Shown here in pieces: positions 8,728-17,042 of a stretch of DNA of 64,000 nucleotides (positions are counted from its first letter, which is position 1; every line of letters begins with the position of its first letter). Position numbers and translations under genes: made by a program. The notes below the pieces were generated by a model. The model was not told the DNA's origin and did not search any database. It saw nothing but the letters and a program-made list of their open reading frames with translations. Source of the stretch: Parcubacteria group bacterium (GTDB lineage Bacteria > Patescibacteriota > Minisyncoccia > Phycocordibacterales > 21-14-all-47-15); NCBI GenBank assembly GCA_016181845.1, contig JACOYO010000003.1, forward strand, positions 16,185-80,184, read 5' to 3'.

Positions 8728-9441
8728 TCAAAATTGTTTTTGAACCGTAAAACCTGATGTTTTCAAATAATCAGGACATGGGAAATGCGCTCTAACGGTT
8801 ACTAGAGCTGTGTTTATATTTCCTTCCTGAATAATAAAATACGACCTTTCAACTTGTGTGGATTTAAGCATCATTGACAATTTCATTTCCATCATACTTT
8901 TTGTAGGTACGCTGATTTCAATAAATCCGGATTTTTTCGGCACAACAGAAAACATCGGCTTTCCGTTCAATAATTTTTGAAACTCGCTTAAAACACTGAC
9001 TCCCGGGGAAAACACGTGTTCAAACTTGGCAACAGATCCAACGCACATATTAATTAAAAACTGTTCTCGCGCTTGGAAAGCTTGCACATAATAGGCGAGC
9101 ATTTTTATTTCTGAACGGTTTAAATCTCCTTCAAATGACGGCATAACACCCGACTTCCCGTGGCGAATCACATCTTCTATGGCTCCTTGGTCGCCAAGCA
9201 GGTGTCTCATTTCATTATAATCGGTAAAATTACGCGGCTTCACAGCCAAACTTTTTGCAATCTCACCGTTTCCGTCTCCATATACCCCGTGGCAAAACAT
9301 ACACCGTTCTTGATAAAGACGCCCGACTTGTCTCATCGCTTCGTCGTCAAGATTCGTTGATTCAACCAACGCAGTTTGCAAAGAAATTAAGACGAAAACA
9401 CTTATAGCAACGATGCCACACAACACCACGCGATACTTCAT
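8728..9441 (-). CDS. Exported c-type cytochrome domain protein
   Basis: N-terminal TM, GRLYQERCMFCHG (CxxCH), GDGNG, PRNF, distal MPSF; SD GGAGG before ATG 9441. Confidence 0.8.
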   Translation of the reverse strand: MKYRVVLCGIVAISVFVLISLQTALVESTNLDDEAMRQVGRLYQERCMFCHGVYGDGNGEIAKSLAVKPRNFTDYNEMRHLLGDQGAIEDVIRHGKSGVMPSFEGDLNRSEIKMLAYYVQAFQAREQFLINMCVGSVAKFEHVFSPGVSVLSEFQKLLNGKPMFSVVPKKSGFIEISVPTKSMMEMKLSMMLKSTQVERSYFIIQEGNINTALVTVRAHFPCPDYLKTSGFTVQKQF

Positions 9442-9591
9442 ATAACTCCTCCAATGTAAGATATAATTGACAAGGTACAAAACACGAATTTAAAAAAGTA
9501 TACATGACATACTTCAAAAATCAACTGTTTGTTCTTTGGAATTTGGAATTAGAAAATGAGATTTTGTAAAATTATGGACATCCGATGTCCA

Positions 9592-10227
9592 TCATTTTAA
9601 TGTATGGTTATTATTTGTGATTGATACAAGAATCTTTTTTATGATCTTAAAATCGTTTTTGAGCGTGCCGCGCATACTGCCGTTGTAGAGCGCAACTGCC
9701 GGATGATAGAGCGGGATGAGTGTTACCGCGCCGTAAGCAGTTTTTCCTTCAAACGACGCGCCGTGCAAAACACTGATCGGCTTCAACGCCGAAGCAAGCC
9801 CTAAATGTTCAAAAATATATTTCATTGAATAACGCCCGAGGGTCGCGATAACGCGCGGTCGTATAATTTCTATTTGCCGATTTAAAAAAGGAGCATACAG
9901 GGCGATTTCTTCAGGAATCGGGTCACGATTGTCTTGCGGTCTATCTTTCACGATGTTGGTGATATAAACATCTGCCCGCAAAAGTCCGATACTTTCAAGA
10001 AGCGTGTCAAGCATTTTCCCAGCCGCGCCGCAAAACGGCCGCCCAGAAAGCGCTTCTTTTTCTCCTGGCGCTTCGCCGATAAACATAATTTTTGCGTCGT
10101 GGCTTCCATCTCCAAGCACTGGGTAATAGTTGTTTTGTTTCCGATATTTATACAGCGAAGAATCGGTGAGATTCCACACCTCGTCGCGTATTGCTCGAAG
10201 TTGTTCTGTCTTACTTTCTTGTTGCAT
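9592..10227 (-). CDS. Uracil-DNA glycosylase, family 4-like
   Basis: IGEAPG, GRPFCGAAG, YITNIVK, LYHPA; usual Fe-S cysteines largely missing; start revised to 10227. Confidence 0.9.
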   Translation of the reverse strand: MQQESKTEQLRAIRDEVWNLTDSSLYKYRKQNNYYPVLGDGSHDAKIMFIGEAPGEKEALSGRPFCGAAGKMLDTLLESIGLLRADVYITNIVKDRPQDNRDPIPEEIALYAPFLNRQIEIIRPRVIATLGRYSMKYIFEHLGLASALKPISVLHGASFEGKTAYGAVTLIPLYHPAVALYNGSMRGTLKNDFKIIKKILVSITNNNHTLK

Positions 10228-10259
10228 ATTTGTATCGTAGCACAAACCAAACATGAATA

Positions 10260-10310
10260 ACTTGGAGGTCGAGACTTGGAGGCTCAACCTCCAAGTCTCG
10301 ACCTCCAAGT
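10260..10310. repeat. Nested palindrome (GGAGGCTCAACCTCC family)
   Basis: ACTTGGAGGTCGAG-ACTTGGAGGCTCAACCTCCAAGT-CTCGACCTCCAAGT. Confidence 0.8.
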
Positions 10311-10396
10311 GATTGCTCCACATAAAAAGCTGTGCTACACTGCCGGTTTAGATAGAAAGTCTTTTGTCATTATCAACAACAAGATGGAGGAGTGTG

Positions 10397-11227
10397 ATGA
10401 CACCGGTGTCCGATTTGATTGAACCAAAAGAATTTGATTTTGCAATTGAACAATTGCGCGTGTTTTTTAGGGGAAAAGGATTTATAGAGGTGCCTACGCA
10501 ACATCGTCAGAGCATTCTCGCCGCCTGCGAAGACCCGAGCACCATAGCGACATACACCTACGCAGGACAAACCTGGCCGCTTCCTCAAACTGGACAAATG
10601 TGGCTTGAATATGAATTATTAAAAAATCCTAAAACCCCCGGCTTTTATTGCGTAAGTTACAGTTTCCGCCAAGAGCCAAACCCGATACCCGGCCGTCACG
10701 ACCTCACTTTCCCGATGTTTGAATTTGAACTGAAGGGCGATATGAATAACCTGCTTTCGCTCGAACAAGAACTGATTATTTTTTTGGGAATGAATCGCGG
10801 CATAGAAATAGAGTACAGAGACATAGCCGAAAAATATGGCGTTTCAGAACTCAAGGCAGAACACGAGACGCGCATGGAGAAAGAATTCGGTCCTGTTATT
10901 TTTTTGAAACACTTCCCCATGCGTACGTCGCCTTTTTGGAACATGAAAAATGACGGGGTTGTGGCAAACAAAATTGACGTCATTCTCTACGGCATAGAAA
11001 CCATCGGCTCGGCAGAGCGGAGCGCAGACCCGGAAGAAATGCGGCGGCAATTTTACACCATCAGCGACGGAATGTATGCAAAAATTCTTTTTTCTCATTT
11101 CGTGAAAGAACGGGTTCAAACAGAACTGGGAGTCTTCCTTTCGTCGTTTAAATTTTTCCCGCGATGCGGCGGCGGTATCGGCATGACACGCTTTATCCGC
11201 GCCCTAAAATTGGCGGGCAAATTATAA
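10397..11227 (+). CDS. Class II aaRS catalytic-domain-only paralog (AsnRS-like / archaeal-type asparagine synthetase)
   Basis: SILAACEDP, LPQTGQMWLEYELL, SFRQE, FPMFEFE, ETIGSAERS, GGGIGMTR; no anticodon domain; SD GGAGG. Confidence 0.78.
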   Translation: MTPVSDLIEPKEFDFAIEQLRVFFRGKGFIEVPTQHRQSILAACEDPSTIATYTYAGQTWPLPQTGQMWLEYELLKNPKTPGFYCVSYSFRQEPNPIPGRHDLTFPMFEFELKGDMNNLLSLEQELIIFLGMNRGIEIEYRDIAEKYGVSELKAEHETRMEKEFGPVIFLKHFPMRTSPFWNMKNDGVVANKIDVILYGIETIGSAERSADPEEMRRQFYTISDGMYAKILFSHFVKERVQTELGVFLSSFKFFPRCGGGIGMTRFIRALKLAGKL

Positions 11228-11278
11228 AAACAAACGGCTCATTCGCATAAAGCGATGAGCCGTTTTTTAATTTGGATA

Positions 11279-11938
11279 TCAAAATATTTTGTACTTATCT
11301 CCTTCCGCGATTTCGTCAATAAATCCTTTTTCAAGGGCTTCTTCCGCAGAGAAGATGGTGCCGTTTCCGTCATTTGCAAAGGAAAGTTTTTCTATTTCTG
11401 ACAGAGACAATTTGGAATGTTTTTCTAAAATCCTATTCCCGTATTGCTCGTCTTCAGCAAGATATTTTTCTATTTTTCTTATGCGGTTTTTCATACTCGG
11501 ATGATAAACAACCGTAATATCCTTTTCTGACGGGTGTATCAAGAAAAAACTATGCGGCGCCGCGACACGCTTCGTACACCCCTGAAGAACTATCAACGCC
11601 ATGGAAAGACATTTTCGTTCGACAATCCCGACCACTGGCGCTTTCAGGAAAATAGTCAAAAAATCATAAAACGACATTCCGGCATTCACACTTCCTCCGT
11701 CATTATTAATGATAAGAAAAATATCTTTGTCCGGAGAATCTAAGCTCAACTCTATTAAATCGCCCTTGATGCCGCCGGTTTTTTTCTCTGTAATTTCTCC
11801 CGTTAGTAAGACGATTCTTTTTTTCAATAAAACGTGCTTAAATTCCTCATCATCGTCTAGCGATTGAAAATCACCGTCAGAAGTTGCCTCATCCTCATCC
11901 AAATCACCTTCACATAATCTGCGATTTTTCTTTCGCAT
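11279..11938 (-). CDS. Divergent ClpP-family protease
   Basis: RIVLLTGEI, INNDGGSVNAG, CLSMA (Ser), LIHP (His), SAEEALEKGFIDEI. Confidence 0.85.
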   Translation of the reverse strand: MRKKNRRLCEGDLDEDEATSDGDFQSLDDDEEFKHVLLKKRIVLLTGEITEKKTGGIKGDLIELSLDSPDKDIFLIINNDGGSVNAGMSFYDFLTIFLKAPVVGIVERKCLSMALIVLQGCTKRVAAPHSFFLIHPSEKDITVVYHPSMKNRIRKIEKYLAEDEQYGNRILEKHSKLSLSEIEKLSFANDGNGTIFSAEEALEKGFIDEIAEGDKYKIF

Positions 11939-12150
11939 ATACCCCCCTGCGTAAGGTTTTACAATGTCCCCTCTTCTCTCTATTTATACCCTACGCCCAG
12001 TTTGAGATAAAGTAAAAGCTCGTCATATAAATAAGCCGTTGCTTTGAAAGATTGTCTAGATTGACAAAATCGTTGTATTGCTTGATTCTTTTAAGTAGTA
12101 CCGTGCTTTTTGACAGCTTTTTACTAACGGAATAATGCGGAGGCAAAAAA

Positions 12151-13455
12151 ATGAGACCATGTTATCGGGTCAAAAGCGGAGTGCTTGATAACGGCCTTCG
12201 TTTTTATACCCAATACGATGATAGTTCTTCAAGAGAAATGGCAGTCCTTGCCGTAAACGTAGGCTCTATCCATGACCCAGACGATAAAAAGGGGCTTGCG
12301 CATACGTTAGAACATGTGATATGCGCAAAAACAAAAAACTTGAGCGCCAAAAGTATTGATGCTTTGTTTGCAAGAAGGATGGGTGGACCGGATGATAATT
12401 TCTTTATTACTACGAGCCGCACCTGCACAACATACGGTCCGGCAGATTACTTAAAAAAATCTCACAGCCAGGAGCTTTTTAAAATTTTTGCCGAGATGAT
12501 ACGAAATCCGATACTCTCAACCGACATCAAAAAAATCGAGCAAGCGGCAATCAATCAGGAACATTATCTGCGCGGGGAAGATATCGCGGAAATTTATATC
12601 GTGGATATCTTGTATGGCATACTCTTCTCCAAAAGCCCTGTCGGCTACCCTGTGGACGGTGTCATGCCTGACGTGCGAAATATTCGCATAAAAGACTTGA
12701 GAAACCACGCCGAAAGATTTTATAGGCCGTCAAACACATTCGTTGTATACTTGGGGCCAAAACACACCGAGGCCCGAAAAATAATAAACGATGCTCTTGG
12801 AGATTGGGGGTTGAAGCATGCGCCAGACACACCAGGGTTAGACGACTTGTTCATGCAACCATTCGCTCCGCTGGCGAAGTCAATGCTCACGACCATCAAG
12901 TGTCGCGGCATCCGTCAATGGCATGTTTGCATCGGGCTTCCGACTGAACCATATAGGAATGACGCCACGGCGCTTGATATTCTTGCGCGAATTCTTTCTG
13001 ACCGCCTCTACCATCGGCTTCGCACAGAAAATATACGCTGGAAACAAGGCGTGTATCGCGCTCCAGTATGGACTGAACACACATTTGCTCATGGGCTTTT
13101 CGCATCGCACTTTGCGACGCTAGATGGAGATTTCGTGCCGCGCATCATTGATACATTTCAAAAGGAATGTATGCGCTTGGGCGAAACACTCATCAGCCGC
13201 GAGGAGATTGAGACATGGGTCGGTTTTATGTACGATTACGAGTTTATGGATTGTTTTCAGAGGTCCCCGGGTAATTTGACCGACATGATTATTGACGCGG
13301 TGTCAAACGGCGACACCGACCTTGCGGAATTACACCAGCGCGGTGAAAAGCTTCTTAGTTTCCGCACGCAAGGAGGGAGAAAAATGCTCCGTGATATATC
13401 TCGGAAATATCTCGGCAATACCGCGACAGTAATCATGAAACCGGAGCCAGCATAA
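12151..13455 (+). CDS. M16 (pitrilysin-family) zinc peptidase
   Basis: LDNGL, VNVGS, GLAHTLEH (HxxEH), FYRPSN. Confidence 0.88.
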   Translation: MRPCYRVKSGVLDNGLRFYTQYDDSSSREMAVLAVNVGSIHDPDDKKGLAHTLEHVICAKTKNLSAKSIDALFARRMGGPDDNFFITTSRTCTTYGPADYLKKSHSQELFKIFAEMIRNPILSTDIKKIEQAAINQEHYLRGEDIAEIYIVDILYGILFSKSPVGYPVDGVMPDVRNIRIKDLRNHAERFYRPSNTFVVYLGPKHTEARKIINDALGDWGLKHAPDTPGLDDLFMQPFAPLAKSMLTTIKCRGIRQWHVCIGLPTEPYRNDATALDILARILSDRLYHRLRTENIRWKQGVYRAPVWTEHTFAHGLFASHFATLDGDFVPRIIDTFQKECMRLGETLISREEIETWVGFMYDYEFMDCFQRSPGNLTDMIIDAVSNGDTDLAELHQRGEKLLSFRTQGGRKMLRDISRKYLGNTATVIMKPEPA

Positions 13456-13591
13456 CGCCACCACCCCGCCTAAGGCATTTCTTTTCTGCCTTGGGCGGGT
13501 TTTGTTTACCCTGAATTCCAGAATTAATTGCAACACTCATGCGGCAAAACACAGCGTCTTTACAAAGCTTACAAAGGGCTGCTTGGTTTAC

Positions 13592-13647
13592 TTAGTGGTT
13601 GAACCTCTCAGTGAAAGACTATGCCAGTATACTGGCATACCATCTGA
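13592..13647. repeat. Composite palindromic element, inverted copy at ~46699-46782
   Basis: TTAGTGGTTGAACCTCTCAGTGA + AAGACTATGCCAGTATACTGGCATACCATCT. Confidence 0.8.
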
Positions 13648-13822
13648 CCTCTATGATATTCCGCTCGCGAAGCGGAAACGGATTGCCGTCTTTATGGTTT
13701 TTCTTCTTGCGCGTACTTGCATACTTGGTAGCTCAACTGCTAAATCAAGTGTTGCGATTAATTCTGGAATTCACCTACCATGTCATTGATAATTATCACC
13801 TTTTGGCTTACACTTGATATAT

Positions 13823-14596
13823 ATGATGAATATTAAAATAAAAAATTATCTCGGCATCGCAGGCATTATCGTATTGCTTGCGATTACATACTGGGCTGTC
13901 AGTGTTGCCAACAATATTGAACCGCCGATAACCAGAAGCTTCAGTGTGAGCGGCGAAGGAAAAGTTACGGCCATCCCTGATGTCGCTGTATTTTCATTCG
14001 GTGTTCTGACAGAGGGAAACACTGACCTCGCTTCATTGCAGGAAAAAAACACTGAAGCATCAAACAAAGCGATTGCTTTTGTAAAAGAAAACGGCGTGGA
14101 ACAAAAAGATATTGGAACGCAAGGATACTCAATAAATCCGCGATATCAATATTCAAACTGCAACGGCCTGCTCTCAAGCGGCTCAAACATCTGCCCTCCT
14201 CCTGAAATTGTCGGATATACAATTTCACAAACCATACAAGTAAAAATGCGCGATTTCAAAAAAATAGGAACAATCATGCGCGGAGTTGTTTCAAACGGAG
14301 CCAATACCGTTTCAGGATTATCGTTTGATATTGATAACCGGACAACACTTGAAAATGAAGCGCGTGCAAAAGCGATTGCTACCGCTGAAGCGCGTGCAAA
14401 AACAATGGCAAAAGCAGGCCATTTCAAAATTGGAAAAATGATTTCAGTTAGCGATGGGGGCATATACGTCCCAACTGTATATCGCGCCTTCGGCGCATCG
14501 GATATAAGCTCCATTGAAGCAAAAGCGGCTCAATTGATAGAGCCCGGCTCACAAGATATTAGCGCAAACGTTACGCTTATATACGCTATAAAATAA
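13823..14596 (+). CDS. SIMPL (DUF541) domain protein
   Basis: SVSGEGKVTAIPDVA, GANTVSGLSF, ARAKAI..A..RA, IEPGSQDI; N-terminal TM. Confidence 0.9.
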   Translation: MMNIKIKNYLGIAGIIVLLAITYWAVSVANNIEPPITRSFSVSGEGKVTAIPDVAVFSFGVLTEGNTDLASLQEKNTEASNKAIAFVKENGVEQKDIGTQGYSINPRYQYSNCNGLLSSGSNICPPPEIVGYTISQTIQVKMRDFKKIGTIMRGVVSNGANTVSGLSFDIDNRTTLENEARAKAIATAEARAKTMAKAGHFKIGKMISVSDGGIYVPTVYRAFGASDISSIEAKAAQLIEPGSQDISANVTLIYAIK

Positions 14597-14751
14597 CGCG
14601 TGAGGTGAATCCAAACCCAACACAAAAGAACATTCTAAAGCAACATGATTGCCCTTTTTGGCAATTTCTGTAGCCTATAAAAAGAGTCTTTTTATAGGTT
14701 TTTTGACTATAAATATAGTTACGTATATTTTCTCAATAGAGGAGGTCTAGC

Positions 14752-16353
14752 GTGAAAAATCTGAAAGATACGTACAAGGATTGGATGGGAATACATCCGT
14801 GGGATTGCAATAATATCTCCTACAAACCATGTCTTGAAAATTTTGTAGACGGAATATGGAGAGAGGTGGCAAATACAAGATATGTTGACAACCCATTGGA
14901 TGGAACGCCAATGTTTCGCATGCCTGACACAAGCTTGGATGAAATTGCTCCGTTTGTTTCTTTCTTAAAAACATGTCCCGAAGGCGGGTTGCATAATCCG
15001 TTCAGGAACACGGAGCGGTATCGGGAATATGGAGCGGTTTTTGGCAAAGCGGCGAATATGCTTTCCGATGCTTTTATTGCCGATTATTTTACACGCTTGA
15101 TACAATGCGTAATGCCAAAAAGCTACGCGCAAGCGTATGGAGAGGTCGCTGTCACGCGAGACGCGCTTTATAATTTGAGCGGAGACGGAGTCCGCTCTTG
15201 CGCCGAATGGAAAGGCATCCCAGGCGATAGAATGGGCCAGCGGGCGGAAGAACATAGATTCCCACACGGACCCGTGGCAATTATCGCCCCGTTTAATTTC
15301 CCGCTGGAAATCCCGGCGCTTCAGCTTGCAGGTGCGCTTGCCATGGGTAATAAAGTGCTTATCAAAGGCGCGAGCACGGTTGACGTCGTTATTGAAGCAT
15401 TCATTCGCATGCTCCTCTCCTGCGGCATGCCGAAAAATGATGTCGCGCTTATTCATTGCGGTGGCGCAGTGATGGAAGAAATTATCAGACAAGCAGAGCC
15501 GTCAATGACGCAATTTACCGGCAGTTCTGAAGTGGCGCAAAAATTGATCGCGCTTACCAACGGAAAAATAAAAATTGAAGACTCCGGATTTAATTGGAAA
15601 ATATTGGGGTCGGATTGTCCTTATTATGAACAGCGTTTGCTTGATTATGTAGCGTGGCAATGCGACCAGGACGCGTATGCCGCGTCTGGTCAAAAATGTT
15701 CGGCGCAATCGCTTCTTTTTGTTCACTCCAACTGGAAAGAAGCAGGTATCATAGAAAAAATCGCCAAGTATGCCATGCAAAGAAATCTTGAAAACTTGAC
15801 CATCGGCCCGCTTCTGTCTGTCGGGACAAAAGATATTTTGCTTCATATTGAAGCGTTGTCGCACATTCCCGGATTTGACCTTCTTTTCGGCGGGGAGCCG
15901 CTTGGTGGACATACAATTCCGGAACAATACGGCGCAATGGAGCCCACCGCGGTATCCCTTTCACTGAAAGCATTTCTTGAAAAAAAGAGTTTTTCTATTG
16001 CGACAAAAGAAATATTCGGCCCGTTTCAGATTATTGTAGATTACAAAGAAAGCGAACTGTCAACGGTACTTGAGATTGTCGGCAACATACAACACAAACT
16101 CACAGCGGCGGTGGTGTCTGACGATATTTCATTTATCAATCAGATTGTCGGTGCCACCGCAAACGGGACGACATATGCAGGATTGCGCGCGCGTACGACC
16201 GGTGCTCCAGAGTGGCATGGATTTCACCCGGCGGGTGTGCTTGCCGCAAACATCGGCACCATAGAAGCCGTGCGCGAAGTATGGTCGTATGGAAGAACTG
16301 TCGTGTTTGACAATGGTTCTGTGCCGAACGGCTGGGAACCGATACAAACATAA
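14752..16353 (+). CDS. Aldehyde dehydrogenase, ALDH12-like P5C/glutamate-semialdehyde dehydrogenase
   Basis: GLHNPF, PFNFPLEIP, FTGSS, EDSGFNWKILG, WQCDQDAYAASGQKCSAQS, NGTTYAGLRARTTGAP; SD GAGGAGG + GTG. Confidence 0.85.
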   Translation: MKNLKDTYKDWMGIHPWDCNNISYKPCLENFVDGIWREVANTRYVDNPLDGTPMFRMPDTSLDEIAPFVSFLKTCPEGGLHNPFRNTERYREYGAVFGKAANMLSDAFIADYFTRLIQCVMPKSYAQAYGEVAVTRDALYNLSGDGVRSCAEWKGIPGDRMGQRAEEHRFPHGPVAIIAPFNFPLEIPALQLAGALAMGNKVLIKGASTVDVVIEAFIRMLLSCGMPKNDVALIHCGGAVMEEIIRQAEPSMTQFTGSSEVAQKLIALTNGKIKIEDSGFNWKILGSDCPYYEQRLLDYVAWQCDQDAYAASGQKCSAQSLLFVHSNWKEAGIIEKIAKYAMQRNLENLTIGPLLSVGTKDILLHIEALSHIPGFDLLFGGEPLGGHTIPEQYGAMEPTAVSLSLKAFLEKKSFSIATKEIFGPFQIIVDYKESELSTVLEIVGNIQHKLTAAVVSDDISFINQIVGATANGTTYAGLRARTTGAPEWHGFHPAGVLAANIGTIEAVREVWSYGRTVVFDNGSVPNGWEPIQT

Positions 16354-16502
16354 CATTCTATTTGGGGAGCAGTTTCAACTGCTCCCTTTTTTGAATCTGT
16401 TGAAGTAAAACTTCAGCAGGCGGGGCTTGCTTTCTTTTTTTGTGAGGGCTATCTTACAATTAGATTCTTTTCTTTTATAAATCGTTGTTGTGCGGAGGGT
16501 TT

Positions 16503-16970
16503 ATGACAGATCTCGGGCACAGAAAAGAAATATTGGTTGCAAAAATCATCAGGAGCCTCAAGTGTGACCATACATGGATTCTAAACGCTGCGCAGTCAAA
16601 CCACACGGAAGACGCCGAGGGCAAGGATGTCATCGTTTACACAAAACAGGGAGAATTTTATATTCAAATAAAAAGCTCGTTAAAAAAAGCGGAAGATTTT
16701 GTACAAGATAAAAAATACCGCAAACGTTATAAAAAAATGTATGTGGTGACGCACCATGACAAAGAAAAAACCACCTGTCACACCATGCCGGCACCAAACG
16801 AAAACGCATATCCTTTTATTATCGTTTTGGTAATATTCCAAAAACAAAAGGGATATCAAAATCAAAATGTTGATATAATGAAGGCGATAGAAGATATTTC
16901 TCTCGTCTTAAAAAAAATAAAGATAACACTCAACATTATCAAGCAACATATTGACGAGTTGGAACAGTAA
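16503..16970 (+). CDS. Hypothetical protein, possible PD-(D/E)xK nuclease fold
   Basis: E...D.EGKD....FYIQIKSS pattern; SD GGAGG before ATG 16503. Confidence 0.55.
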   Translation: MTDLGHRKEILVAKIIRSLKCDHTWILNAAQSNHTEDAEGKDVIVYTKQGEFYIQIKSSLKKAEDFVQDKKYRKRYKKMYVVTHHDKEKTTCHTMPAPNENAYPFIIVLVIFQKQKGYQNQNVDIMKAIEDISLVLKKIKITLNIIKQHIDELEQ

Positions 16971-17042
16971 AATAAAGAGCGAGCCTATAAAAAATCCGCC
17001 CGGGTATCTTGCCGATACGCCGGGCGGTTTAATGCAAAAAAC

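Noticed and set aside
13620-13639. TATGCCAGTATACTGGCATA as LexA/SOS or other operator (one copy precedes uvrA)
   Set aside because: Copies are identical, lie within longer palindromes or mosaics and next to unrelated genes; fits a mobile repeat better, though co-option is not excluded
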